Of a stretch of 64,000 nt of DNA, positions 10,514-20,352 are shown one piece after another. Position 1 is the first letter of the stretch, and every line of letters begins with the position of its first letter. The position numbers and the translations under genes are program-made. The notes beneath the pieces are model-generated. The model was not told the origin of the DNA, did no database searches, and saw only the letters and a list, made by a program, of their open reading frames with translations. Origin of the DNA: an uncultured Methanosarcinales archaeon (lineage in GTDB: Archaea; Nanobdellota; Nanobdellia; Woesearchaeales; JAGVZT01); the NCBI GenBank assembly GCA_964354685.1, contig CAYHAM010000001.1, forward strand, positions 110,958 to 174,957, in the 5' to 3' direction.

Positions 10514-11224
10514 ATGAATTGGTATGAGGAACTAGACTTTGAAGAGAACCCTTTTGACACAAATCCAAAAAAGTTTGCAGACAAGCTTGTTGGAATGGAT
10601 GAGCTATTAGAAGGTTTGTTTTATAGAATTACAGCAGGCTCTATGCTGTTTATAGAGGGTAAGCTTGGTTCAGGAAAGAGCTCAATACTCTGGGATATAA
10701 TAAAAAAATACAGAGGCAAAGGAAGGATAATATACTTTGACTGCGAGCAGCTTGAGAGGGATCTAAACATAGAGAAGCTCATAATAAACAAGTATGGTCT
10801 TTTGGGAAGGTTATTCAAGAAAAAGCCAAGGGATATGATATTGCTTCTAGACGATGTTAGCATCCTAAGCAAGAAAAACACTGAAAGGGTAAAATACTTC
10901 TTTGACCAAGGATATATACTCTCTGTTGTATTCACCGGAACAAGCTATGATAAGACAAACTTTTCAAAAAGCCTTAAAGATAGAATAGGTACAAGAATAT
11001 TAAAAACAAGGGAACTGGAACCATACGAAGCAGTCGCCTTAGTAAGAAACCGCATAGGAGAGCTTGATATAATATCAGATGATGTTATTGAACATATTTT
11101 TAAAAACTCAAACAAAAACCCATTAAAGCTGTTACAAAACCTTGACAAGATATTTAGTTATGCAATTGAGAACAATGAGAAAACAATAACAATGCAGATA
11201 TCAAAAAAGGTTATTGGAGGCTAG
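10514..11224 (+). CDS. AAA+ ATPase, ExeA-like (paralog 1)
   Basis: MNWYEELDFEENPF N-terminus, Walker A GKLGSGKS, Walker B ILLLDD; GGTGA RBS before ATG 10514. Confidence 0.8.
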   Translation: MNWYEELDFEENPFDTNPKKFADKLVGMDELLEGLFYRITAGSMLFIEGKLGSGKSSILWDIIKKYRGKGRIIYFDCEQLERDLNIEKLIINKYGLLGRLFKKKPRDMILLLDDVSILSKKNTERVKYFFDQGYILSVVFTGTSYDKTNFSKSLKDRIGTRILKTRELEPYEAVALVRNRIGELDIISDDVIEHIFKNSNKNPLKLLQNLDKIFSYAIENNEKTITMQISKKVIGG

Positions 11225-11228
11225 ACAG

Positions 11229-12110
11229 ATGTTATGGTATCGCGAACTTGGTTTTAACACAAACCCATTTAGTATAAAACCAGCACAATTTGACTTCAAG
11301 ATAATTGGCTATGACCTAAAAGAGATATTTGAAAAAATAGCAAAAGGGGAAGTGCTCTTCATAGAGGGCAAGTATGGCTATGGAAAGACAACCATGCTCA
11401 AGAGCATAATAAACGAGTTTGGTGGCAGCAGAGATGTTGTTTATTATAGCACAAACAGACCTGATAAAAACATAGATGTTGAGAGCTTACTTTTTGGTAA
11501 GTATGGTACCCTAGGAAGGATATTTAATATGATGCCAAAGAATATGATTCTTCTCCTTGATGAGGTTGAGAGCCTAACACAAAAAGACCAAACTGATTTG
11601 CTCAAATTCTACAGCCAGGGCAACATCAAGTCAATTGTGTTCTTTGGCTCAAACTTTGAAAAGGTTGGCTTTAACGTTGAGCTAAAAAAGTCTATGGTAA
11701 ACAATGTGATACAACTAACAAATCTAACACAAGAAGAGGCAGTTGAGCTTGTTAGGCAACGGATTGGTAAGATAAATCTGCTCTCTGACAATACAATTAA
11801 AAGGGTTTACACGCTGTCAGGGTACAACCCAAGACATTTGCTCGAGAACCTTGAAGATCTATGCAAGTATGCTGTGGAAAACAACGATGATGAGGTTGCT
11901 GAAGAACACTTAAAAGAGGTTCTAAAGGTAAAAGAGAAAAAGCAAAGAAAAAAGAGAAAAAAGCAAAAACAGATCTCAAAAAAACAAGAGGTTAATGAGG
12001 ATATCCTTGTTGAGGAAATAAAAAAACCAGAAGAGATAAAACCAAGGCCTGTTTTTTCTAAAAAGCTTGAAGAACCAGAGGACGATGAGGAGGCAGAATA
12101 CTTCTATTAA
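11229..12110 (+). CDS. AAA+ ATPase, ExeA-like (paralog 2) with charged C-terminal tail
   Basis: MLWYRELGFNTNPF, Walker A GKYGYGKT, Walker B ILLLDE, GYNPRHL; GGAGG RBS. Confidence 0.8.
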   Translation: MLWYRELGFNTNPFSIKPAQFDFKIIGYDLKEIFEKIAKGEVLFIEGKYGYGKTTMLKSIINEFGGSRDVVYYSTNRPDKNIDVESLLFGKYGTLGRIFNMMPKNMILLLDEVESLTQKDQTDLLKFYSQGNIKSIVFFGSNFEKVGFNVELKKSMVNNVIQLTNLTQEEAVELVRQRIGKINLLSDNTIKRVYTLSGYNPRHLLENLEDLCKYAVENNDDEVAEEHLKEVLKVKEKKQRKKRKKQKQISKKQEVNEDILVEEIKKPEEIKPRPVFSKKLEEPEDDEEAEYFY

Positions 12111-12125
12111 CCGGAAATCTTCCGG
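12111..12125. promoter_or_regulatory. Perfect 15-bp palindrome CCGGAA-ATC-TTCCGG, candidate operator
   Basis: Lies upstream of the Lrp gene; a degenerate copy CCGGAAATCTTTCGT is at 13884-13898. Confidence 0.4.
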
Positions 12126-12171
12126 AAAAGCATGAACAAGACTTATTAATTTCATTTTCTTAGTTAGAATA

Positions 12172-12648
12172 ATGGTATTTATACAAGAAGTTCTTATACT
12201 CAGACACCTTAGAAAGGATGCAAGGAAGAGCCTTGCAAAGATTGCTAGGCAGGAGGATATACCAATATCAACACTCTTCTCAAAGGTTAACAAGCTGGAA
12301 TCAAGTGTAATAAAAAGAAGCACATCTTTGCTTGATTTCTCAAGGCTTGGCTATAATCTAGCAATCATATCTTTCCTAAAGCTAAAAGACAACTCAAAAC
12401 AAGAGGCAATCGATTTTTTGGCAACACATCCCAATACAAACTGCTTGTTAAAAATCAACAATGGCTTTGATCTTTTTTTAGAAGCAATCTTTGACAACAT
12501 GAGATCATACACCCAATTCTGCGAGGATCTGAAAAAACTAAACATAAAAACAAAGGACGATTACTTTGTTATAGAAGAGCTAAAAAAAGAGGATTTTTTG
12601 ACAAGGAATGAGCATTTGGAACTGTTTAAACAACAAAATACAAAATAA
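12172..12648 (+). CDS. Lrp/AsnC family transcriptional regulator
   Basis: ILRHLRKDARKSLAKIAR HTH, LDFSRLGY, RAM-domain-like C-terminus. Confidence 0.85.
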   Translation: MVFIQEVLILRHLRKDARKSLAKIARQEDIPISTLFSKVNKLESSVIKRSTSLLDFSRLGYNLAIISFLKLKDNSKQEAIDFLATHPNTNCLLKINNGFDLFLEAIFDNMRSYTQFCEDLKKLNIKTKDDYFVIEELKKEDFLTRNEHLELFKQQNTK

Positions 12649-13837
12649 CAGGCAGCAACAAACAACCCATTGCATTGTTTCTCCCAATATTCTTAAGAGC
12701 AGGTATTAACCCAATTGCTGTGCTTGTTGCTAGTACAAGCAACCCAACAAAAGAAGAGAAACAAAAAACCATGGCAATAACAAAAACAATTATGCTGATG
12801 CAAAGCATCTTATAATTAACCTTACTTATGAATCTGGTAAACACCCTTGTCAGAGCCATGCACAATATTGTTGCTATGCCCCCAGCAATCAAAGCTGTTA
12901 GTATCAAAACCAAAAACTTCCCTATAGTTAGCCCCCCAATTATCTCTGAAACAACAACAATAGCGCCATCCCTTGCCTTATCCAATGTATACAATGTAAC
13001 CAAGGAGAACAAAGAGCTAACAGTTCCTATGCCTCCAACCAAAATCATAAAACCATAATTGCCAATATTCCCTGTTAGCTGCATTGCCAAAATAGCAGCC
13101 TGGGCAGCTCCTAATCCAGGAAATATTCCAGTTAGAGCCCCTGAAAATGCCCCTGCTAACAAGGCCTTTATTGTTGCAATCTTTGGAACATGAATTGTTT
13201 CCTTTATCTCCTGTTTGGGAATAGTTGTGTTTTCTGACAATGAGAGTAACAAAGTGCTTATACCGAACAAACCACTAAGCATTGGAAACAAAGGCTGATC
13301 TAAATTTGGAATAGAAAAAACAACAACACCAAATACCCCTGACATTAGGAAAATAATAAAGCTCCATATCTTGCTATCATAAGATTTTTCCTTGATTATC
13401 ATAAACAAAACAACTAGAATTAAGATATATCCAATATAGGGCTTTAGAATAGAAAATATTTTGGGTGCAGCTAATATCAATAAGGGAGTAATAAAAATAC
13501 CCAAAATTAAACAAAAAAAACTACCAGTTATTATTATTTTAACTGCTTCATAGCCTTTGCCTTCTAATAACATCCTATGCCCTGGCAAAACATTCAGGGC
13601 ATCAACTGAATCAGGCGCACCTAGAAATATACTTGGAATGGTGTCTAAAAAGGTGTGGGTAATGGCCATTGAAATAATAAAAACACACAATACCAAGGGG
13701 TTTGTATATTTCAATAAAATAGGAGAAATGCTGAGCAATAAAACTGAAACAAGATTGATATGTACGCCTGGCACTATGCCTGTAAAGGTTCCAACCAAAC
13801 AACCAAGTGCTAGTGCTAACAAAACTTCTGGGAACAT
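12626..13837 (-). CDS. Tripartite tricarboxylate transporter TctA-like (DUF112) membrane protein
   Basis: GTFTGIVPGVHIN, HTFLDTIPSIFLGAP, LPGHRMLLEGKG and PGLGAAQA motifs. Confidence 0.85.
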   Translation of the reverse strand: MFPEVLLALALGCLVGTFTGIVPGVHINLVSVLLLSISPILLKYTNPLVLCVFIISMAITHTFLDTIPSIFLGAPDSVDALNVLPGHRMLLEGKGYEAVKIIITGSFFCLILGIFITPLLILAAPKIFSILKPYIGYILILVVLFMIIKEKSYDSKIWSFIIFLMSGVFGVVVFSIPNLDQPLFPMLSGLFGISTLLLSLSENTTIPKQEIKETIHVPKIATIKALLAGAFSGALTGIFPGLGAAQAAILAMQLTGNIGNYGFMILVGGIGTVSSLFSLVTLYTLDKARDGAIVVVSEIIGGLTIGKFLVLILTALIAGGIATILCMALTRVFTRFISKVNYKMLCISIIVFVIAMVFCFSSFVGLLVLATSTAIGLIPALKNIGRNNAMGCLLLPVILYFVV

Positions 13838-13930
13838 GCTTATAAAACCAAAATCAGCTTTAATAAGAGTTTAGCGCTCAAAACCGGAAATCTTTCGTAT
13901 TCTGAGAAATAGGAAAAATAAAAAAAAGAA

Positions 13931-14821
13931 TTACCTTGTTCTTAACTCATTCAGCATCTCTTGATAATACTTAGCTTTTGCAGCTTGTTCTTCTGGAGTT
14001 GAGTTTGAGCCATTTGGGAACATCAGGTCTCTGCCCACATTTACAATCACTCTATCTGCACTAAAATGTTTCCAGATTGCATCAGCTTCCCCACCTTGTT
14101 TGCCAACTCCGGGAAGCAAAACAAGCATATCCTCACCAGCATAATGCCTAACATTTGCTATCTCTACTTCAGTCATTTGATTTTTTTTACTTGGTGCACC
14201 AATTACCATTGCATCTAAACTGAATGCACTAGCATCATGAGCCAATTGTATATATCTTTTTACATAACGAATTCCATCAACCACTTTAATGTCAGAATCC
14301 CTGTAAGTTAATTCATCAACTGGTACTAACATATTCCTTTCCCTTATATACTCCTCATTACTCATCAAACACATACAGATAGCTCCAATATTCCTGTCTC
14401 TTACTTGCATTGCAACTTGTTTCAAGTTCCCAGCATACGGAGCAACAGTAACAGCATCAAAACCCTTTCTTTCATGATTGTACAATCCAGCATCATTAGT
14501 GGAACCAATATCTGCCAGTTTTGCATCCAAAATACTGACCATACCTTTTTCAGCAGCTAAATCAGCTATATCCATTAAGGCCCACATATGATTATCTTCT
14601 ATCTTCTTACCAGGTCCAACCCAATAATTAAGATTTGGTTTCACTGCAGCACAATAAGGAGCAACAGCCTCAATATATCTCATCGACCAATCTCTTAAAT
14701 CAGCACCTTCTGGCAACCCTTCATCCCCTCTTCCCATTTCAAACTCTGCTGGATCTAATCCAGCACACAAAACCGAATTATTTCTTTTAACAGCTTCCAA
14801 CCATTCTCCAAAAAATGACAT
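13931..14821 (-). CDS. pyrF: Orotidine-5'-phosphate decarboxylase
   Basis: LCAGLDP, DAKLADIGSTN (DxKxxDIxxT), LLPGVGKQGG, NVGR; GAGGAGG RBS before ATG 14821. Confidence 0.88.
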   Translation of the reverse strand: MSFFGEWLEAVKRNNSVLCAGLDPAEFEMGRGDEGLPEGADLRDWSMRYIEAVAPYCAAVKPNLNYWVGPGKKIEDNHMWALMDIADLAAEKGMVSILDAKLADIGSTNDAGLYNHERKGFDAVTVAPYAGNLKQVAMQVRDRNIGAICMCLMSNEEYIRERNMLVPVDELTYRDSDIKVVDGIRYVKRYIQLAHDASAFSLDAMVIGAPSKKNQMTEVEIANVRHYAGEDMLVLLPGVGKQGGEADAIWKHFSADRVIVNVGRDLMFPNGSNSTPEEQAAKAKYYQEMLNELRTR

Positions 14822-14822
14822 T

Positions 14823-15512
14823 TTAGTTACCTCCTCTTTCAACTTTTGGAAAGCCATGCTTTTCTCCCCAGTTAAAGGGGTCAGCTCTCCATTCTTGCAA
14901 CATCCCAATCTGTTCTTCTGTTAGATACCCTATTCCTTTTGCAATATCTAGCAAAGTATCGTAAGTTAAGAGAGATCTAATGTTACATCTTGGATTTAAA
15001 TTAGCAAATTCCTCAACTGCTTTATCTAAACCGTAATCAAATATAGATAAGCACCAATTAGCCTCACCGTTTGCATCTCTAACAGCTTGTACAGCATTTG
15101 CAGAACTTCCACCTGTAGAAATTAGATCTTCGATCACAACAACTTTTCTACCTTCTAAATCTTTTTCTGCATCTATACCCTCAATCTGATTTTTTAAACC
15201 ATGGTCTTTTGGTTTGTCTCTGATGTAAACAAAAGGACAAGCAAGCTCTCTTGCTAAAAACGCACCCCACGGAATGCCTGATGTAGATGTTCCTGCAATC
15301 ACCTCATATTGAATCCCTTCATCTGAAATCAATTGTTCAAATCCCCCTATAATCAAATCTCTAAGCCCAGGAAAATACATGAACATCCTATTATCATTAT
15401 ATATTGGCATACGATACCCAGAAGCCCACAAATAAGGATTATCAGGACTCAACTTAATTGCATTTATTTCAAGACCAGCTTTTGCAATCTCTTCTCCATA
15501 TGTTCCCACCAT
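14823..15512 (-). CDS. pyrE: Orotate phosphoribosyltransferase
   Basis: WASGYRMPIYNDNR, YIRDKPKDHG, PRPP motif VVVIEDLISTGGS. Confidence 0.95.
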   Translation of the reverse strand: MVGTYGEEIAKAGLEINAIKLSPDNPYLWASGYRMPIYNDNRMFMYFPGLRDLIIGGFEQLISDEGIQYEVIAGTSTSGIPWGAFLARELACPFVYIRDKPKDHGLKNQIEGIDAEKDLEGRKVVVIEDLISTGGSSANAVQAVRDANGEANWCLSIFDYGLDKAVEEFANLNPRCNIRSLLTYDTLLDIAKGIGYLTEEQIGMLQEWRADPFNWGEKHGFPKVERGGN

Positions 15513-15641
15513 ATTTACACCCCTTGTATTGTCAAAGAATCATTTGGGTTTAAATTTTTTTCCCATATTTTATAGTCGCTGATTTGGGACAAATTCCCTT
15601 AAACTAAATTTTATTAGAACCTCTTGTATTTGATACAATCT

Positions 15642-15977
15642 CTAATCAAAAAACTCGTCATCAGCACTCTTTAATAAAGAAGATGCATCTGTCTTTGTTG
15701 TTAGCGTATCCTTTCTACCACAATAAGGGCATGCCAACACCTCTACCCCAGCTCTTCTAGAAAACTTGTAATTGCATTTCAAACAATGGTATCTTACACT
15801 CTTCTCCCCTTGCTTTGGTTTAGAACTATACTCAGTTGTTGTTGGTTTTTTTGTTAGACACATCTTACACACCAAGCTGCCTGGTTTGTTAGGATCATGC
15901 CTCATCTGTTCTGTAGTAAACTTTCTACCGCATTTGTAACACTTCATCAATATATTTCTGTTTTCCATTCTTCTCAA
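15642..15977 (-). CDS. Double zinc-ribbon protein
   Basis: Four CxxC pairs (CYKC, CKMC, CLKC, CPYC) and an acidic tail. Confidence 0.65.
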   Translation of the reverse strand: MRRMENRNILMKCYKCGRKFTTEQMRHDPNKPGSLVCKMCLTKKPTTTEYSSKPKQGEKSVRYHCLKCNYKFSRRAGVEVLACPYCGRKDTLTTKTDASSLLKSADDEFFD

Positions 15978-16079
15978 ATATAAAAAGTGGAAGTATTTAT
16001 ACTTTATCCATTTTATATACAGAAGCCTTATTTTTTCCCAAAAGATTTAAATAAAGCCAACCCATATGTTAGCAATGCT

Positions 16080-17375
16080 ATGAAACCAAAACCAGGTGAT
16101 TTGGTAGAAATCAAAACAAAAGAAGAGGTCATAAAAGGAACCCTTATGCCACAAGAGGGCTCAACATTAGTTGTGAAACTAGATAGCGGATATAACATTG
16201 GAATAGAAAACAACAACATCAAAAAAATAAAAGTGGTGAAAAAACAAGAAAAAGCAAAGACCAAGCCTGAAAAAATAAAACAAAAAAAAGGTTTACCTCT
16301 CATTGCTATATTACACACCGGTGGCACAATCGCATCTAAAGTTGACTATGACACTGGCGCAGTGATAGCGCGCTTTTCCCCACAAGAATTGCTAAACCTG
16401 TTTCCAGAGCTAGGGGAAATAGCCAACATTAATTCCAGACTGGTTAGAAACATGTGGTCAGATGACATGAGGTTTGCCCACTACAACCTCATGGCAAATG
16501 AAATACAAAAAGAGATTAAAAAAGGTGCTGAGGGTATTATAATCACCCATGGCACAGATACTCTGCACTACACAAGTGCTGCACTTGCATTTATACTAGA
16601 AGACTTACCAATACCAGTTTTGCTTGTTGGTGCACAACGTAGCTCTGACCGCGGCTCAAGTGATGCTGCCAAAAATTTTATTAACGCAGCTTACTTCATA
16701 GCAAAGAGCGACTTTGCAGAGGTTGCAATATGCATGCACGAAAACCTAAATGATGACTCTGCCCTTATTCTACCAGCAACAAAAACAAGAAAAATGCACA
16801 CCTCTAGAAGAGACACATTCAAACCAATTAATGTTAAGCCATGGGCAAGAATCAACTACAAAGAAAACAAAACCCTTTTTCTGAGAAAAGATTATGCAAA
16901 AAAGGACAAAAAGAAAAGGTTAAAATTAAAACCAATAAAAGAGAACCTAAAAGTGGGCATCTTAAAGGTCCACACAAACATGTATGCCTCAGAGTTTCTT
17001 GCTTACAAAGGATTTGATGGCTTGATTTTAGAAGGAACTGGCCTTGGCCATGCACCCATATCCACAATAGATGAATTCACTAAAGAGCACACCAAGATAA
17101 GAAATGCAATAAAACTCCTTTGCAAAAAAACAATAGTTGTAATGGCTCCTCAAACAATATTTGGAAGATTAGACATGAATGTTTATGCACCTGGCAGAGA
17201 AATACAAGAGCTTGGTGTTTTGGGAAATTACTCTGACATGACACCAGAAACAGCTTTCATAAAACTTGCATGGTTGATTAGTAACCACAAAATGCCTGAA
17301 GTAAAGCAATTGATAACAAAAAACCTAAGAGGAGAGATATCAGAGAGAACACAACAAGACACATTCTTGCCATGA
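16080..17375 (+). CDS. gatD: Glu-tRNA(Gln) amidotransferase subunit D
   Basis: VKLDSGYNIG N-domain, TGGTIAS, HGTDT, GAQRSSDRGSSD, KMHTSRRDTF. Start at ATG 16080. Confidence 0.96.
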   Translation: MKPKPGDLVEIKTKEEVIKGTLMPQEGSTLVVKLDSGYNIGIENNNIKKIKVVKKQEKAKTKPEKIKQKKGLPLIAILHTGGTIASKVDYDTGAVIARFSPQELLNLFPELGEIANINSRLVRNMWSDDMRFAHYNLMANEIQKEIKKGAEGIIITHGTDTLHYTSAALAFILEDLPIPVLLVGAQRSSDRGSSDAAKNFINAAYFIAKSDFAEVAICMHENLNDDSALILPATKTRKMHTSRRDTFKPINVKPWARINYKENKTLFLRKDYAKKDKKKRLKLKPIKENLKVGILKVHTNMYASEFLAYKGFDGLILEGTGLGHAPISTIDEFTKEHTKIRNAIKLLCKKTIVVMAPQTIFGRLDMNVYAPGREIQELGVLGNYSDMTPETAFIKLAWLISNHKMPEVKQLITKNLRGEISERTQQDTFLP

Positions 17376-17611
17376 TCCCTATCAAAGATCTGCTAAACAA
17401 AATAAAATGGGATAAAAACCTTAACCCAAACGAATATTCAATTGGTTACTTTGATCGTATCTCAAAAAAACTTGTTTGGATTGATTTTGAACAAATAAAA
17501 AACATTGATGGCAACTTTATGGTTTTAGAAAAAGATAGAAATGAAGTAAACATCCCCTTGCACAGGATAAGAGTAGTAAAACAAAAAAAGGAGACAATCT
17601 GGAAAAGGTGA
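17372..17611 (+). CDS. DUF504 / MJ1316-type RNA-repair-associated domain protein
   Basis: DLLNKIKWD...IGYFDR...IPLHRIR...IWKR signature. Confidence 0.85.
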   Translation: MIPIKDLLNKIKWDKNLNPNEYSIGYFDRISKKLVWIDFEQIKNIDGNFMVLEKDRNEVNIPLHRIRVVKQKKETIWKR

Positions 17612-18585
17612 ACATTCTTATGAAAAAATTTGAACCAAAAAAGGTGTTGTCTGATGTATCACCACAAGAGGCATTTTGGTTCTTCAATGGTGTCATAGTT
17701 AGAAATATATATGAGCTTTTAAATGAGATAAAGAGCCTTGATGATTGGAACTTTGTTTATCACTCGAATATTGACCATGATGATTTTGCAAAGTGGATAA
17801 ATGACGCTTTGGGTGATGCCAATCTTACTGAGCAATTAAAAAAAGAGAGAGATAGGGACAAATATGTAAAGAAAATTGAAAAGAGAATAAAAAAGATTGA
17901 GTCAATTGTTTACTTTAATGATAAACTTATTAACCCTATTAAAAAAATTCCCATGGAATTGTTAAAGAACCAAAACATTAAATTTATTTCATTGTTGGTT
18001 ACGGTTGTTTTGGTAACATCGTTGTTTTTTTATACCCAATCCAGCTACACAAAAGAGATAGCAAAATTTGAAGACCAAATCTTTGAATTAAAAGAAAGGG
18101 ACCTGATCTTACAGAGATTTTTGTTGCAAAGCTTAATAAGCAATGAAAATCTTGATGAGACAAAATCTACTTCTCAAGAATCTCCAGGAAGCGTAGATAG
18201 CTTCTTTTCGTACAAAGAAAAATTAACTCCCCAAGATAGAATAAAAGAGGAACAAATAAAAGTTTATGAAAATATGGTGGTGATTGATCTTGAAAATGCA
18301 TCTTGGGCAAAGTTTGTCAGCACAGGCTCAATGATACCCACACTAAGCGAAGATGCCAATGCAATAGAACTAACCCCCTCATCATCAAAGGAGATTTATG
18401 TTGGTGACATCGTATCATACGTATCACCTGATGGAGAGGATATAATAATCCACAGGGTTGTTGAAATTGGAGAAGACGAACAAGGTTGGTATGCCATAAC
18501 AAAAGGTGACAACAACCAATTAAATGATCCCTTTAAAGTCAGGTTTGAACAAATAGAAAGGGTTTTAATTGGAATAATATATTGA
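17608..18585 (+). CDS. S26 signal-peptidase-like protein with N-terminal DUF5752-like domain
   Basis: N-terminal AFWFFNG...FVYH...DDFAKWINDAL; single TM; TGSMIPT, VGDIV, IIHRV, ITKGDNN (Ser-His archaeal S26). Confidence 0.72.
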   Translation: MNILMKKFEPKKVLSDVSPQEAFWFFNGVIVRNIYELLNEIKSLDDWNFVYHSNIDHDDFAKWINDALGDANLTEQLKKERDRDKYVKKIEKRIKKIESIVYFNDKLINPIKKIPMELLKNQNIKFISLLVTVVLVTSLFFYTQSSYTKEIAKFEDQIFELKERDLILQRFLLQSLISNENLDETKSTSQESPGSVDSFFSYKEKLTPQDRIKEEQIKVYENMVVIDLENASWAKFVSTGSMIPTLSEDANAIELTPSSSKEIYVGDIVSYVSPDGEDIIIHRVVEIGEDEQGWYAITKGDNNQLNDPFKVRFEQIERVLIGIIY

Positions 18586-18604
18586 ATCATAAAAAAGAAA
18601 AAAG

Positions 18605-18892
18605 ATGGAAGCAAACAATATACAAAAGATATATATTGGAATTTCACTCTTTGTCATCATTGTATTTATTTTTACATTGTTTCGAATTCAGACAAAAACA
18701 CCAAGCACACTTGCTGTGCAAGAATCAAAAGACGAATTTATTAAGATAATACCAGACAAAGTGCAAATTGAAAAATCTGATCTAAAATTTTGTTGTGAAT
18801 TCATAAATGAGAACAAAAAAATGGAATGCTGGCTAATAAAAAAATACAACTGCGATTACTGTAACACTTATTGTGAGGCAAAAGATGAATGA
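18605..18892 (+). CDS. Small membrane-anchored Cys-rich protein
   Basis: N-terminal TM; C-terminal CC...C...CxxCxxxC. Confidence 0.55.
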   Translation: MEANNIQKIYIGISLFVIIVFIFTLFRIQTKTPSTLAVQESKDEFIKIIPDKVQIEKSDLKFCCEFINENKKMECWLIKKYNCDYCNTYCEAKDE

Positions 18893-20306
18893 GTTAAATT
18901 ACGAAAAACTTGGCTTTAAATGTGGTATTGAAATTCATCAGCAGCTTGACACCAATAAACTATTCTGTGAATGTCCAAGCACAATAATAGATGAAAAACC
19001 AGACTTTGAGGTAAAAAGATATCTAAGAGCAACAGCAGGAGAAACAGGAGAAATAGACATAGCAGCAAAGCATGAAATGGAGAAAGGAAAATATTTTCTG
19101 TATTATTGCTATGATAAAAACACCTGTTTAGTGGAATTAGATGAAGAGCCACCACATCTAATAAACAAAGAGGCATTGAAAATTGCCTTGATTATTGCAA
19201 AGCTTTTGAATGCAAAGATTGTTGATGAGATCCAGGTTATGAGAAAAACAGTTGTTGACGGCTCTAACACAGCAGGCTTTCAAAGAACAGCACTCATAGC
19301 AAGAGATGGCTACATAGAAACATCAAAAGGCATAGTGAAAATACCAATAATCTGCCTGGAAGAGGATGCCGCCAAGATTGTAAAAAGAACAGAAGATCAT
19401 GATATATATAACCTTTCAAGACTAGGCATACCCTTAGTTGAGATAGGAACAGATGCTAGCATAAAAGATCCTGAGCATGCAAAGGAGGTTGCCTCAAGGC
19501 TAGGTATGATTCTAAGAAGCACAAAGGTAAAGCGTGGTTTAGGAACAATAAGGCAAGATGTCAATTTATCTATAAAAGAAGGGGCAAGGATAGAGATAAA
19601 AGGCTTCCAAGACATAAAATCAATGCCAAAAATCATTGAGAATGAGATAATAAGACAACTTGATCTAATAAAAAAAGGCATAGCTGTTAATAGAGAAGTA
19701 AGAAAGGCAGAACCAGACTTTACAACCTCTTTTCTCAGGCCATTGCCAGGAGCTGCCCGTATGTACCCAGAAACAGATGTACTTCCTATAAAACCAGATT
19801 TGGGTGAAATAAAAGCACCTAAGCTTCTTACAGACAAGATAGAAGAGTTAAAACAAATTGGATTGAGTGAAGAGCTTGCAACAACAATAGTTAAGAAGAA
19901 AGAACTATCTTTGTTTGAGGAGTTTGTTAAAAAATACAAAAAAATCGAACCAAAGTTCATAGCAACAACACTAATAAACACACCAAAGGAGATAAAGAAG
20001 CGCTACAATATTGAGTCAAAAATAGAAGAACAAACATTAAATCAGATATTTAATGAGCTAAACAAAGGTAAAATATCAAAGGAAGCAATTTTTGAAATAT
20101 TGTTAGGACTCTCTCAAGGCAAAAAACTAAATCTGGAAAAATATGAATTAATGAGTGATGAAGAACTAAAATTAGAATTAGAAAGAATAGCAGAACAAAA
20201 CAAAGGATTGCCATTAAATGCAGTGATAGGCAAGGCAATGCAAAAGCTTAGGGGCAAAGCAGATGGCAAGAAAATAGCGGAAATATTAAAGGAAAAGATG
20301 AATTAA
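18885..20306 (+). CDS. gatE: Glu-tRNA(Gln) amidotransferase subunit E (short form)
   Basis: GIEIHQQL, CLVELDEEPPH, MRKTVVDGSNTAGFQRT, RGLGTIRQDVN, RPLPGAARMYPETD. Confidence 0.95.
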   Translation: MNELNYEKLGFKCGIEIHQQLDTNKLFCECPSTIIDEKPDFEVKRYLRATAGETGEIDIAAKHEMEKGKYFLYYCYDKNTCLVELDEEPPHLINKEALKIALIIAKLLNAKIVDEIQVMRKTVVDGSNTAGFQRTALIARDGYIETSKGIVKIPIICLEEDAAKIVKRTEDHDIYNLSRLGIPLVEIGTDASIKDPEHAKEVASRLGMILRSTKVKRGLGTIRQDVNLSIKEGARIEIKGFQDIKSMPKIIENEIIRQLDLIKKGIAVNREVRKAEPDFTTSFLRPLPGAARMYPETDVLPIKPDLGEIKAPKLLTDKIEELKQIGLSEELATTIVKKKELSLFEEFVKKYKKIEPKFIATTLINTPKEIKKRYNIESKIEEQTLNQIFNELNKGKISKEAIFEILLGLSQGKKLNLEKYELMSDEELKLELERIAEQNKGLPLNAVIGKAMQKLRGKADGKKIAEILKEKMN

Positions 20307-20352
20307 TATTTAATCAAAACATTTATAAACAAAATTAGCTATTTTATTAAAT

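Noticed and set aside
15540-15566. Tiny minus-strand ORF MGKKFKPK upstream of pyrE as a pyr leader
   Set aside because: No informative codon bias or terminator structure; likely chance.
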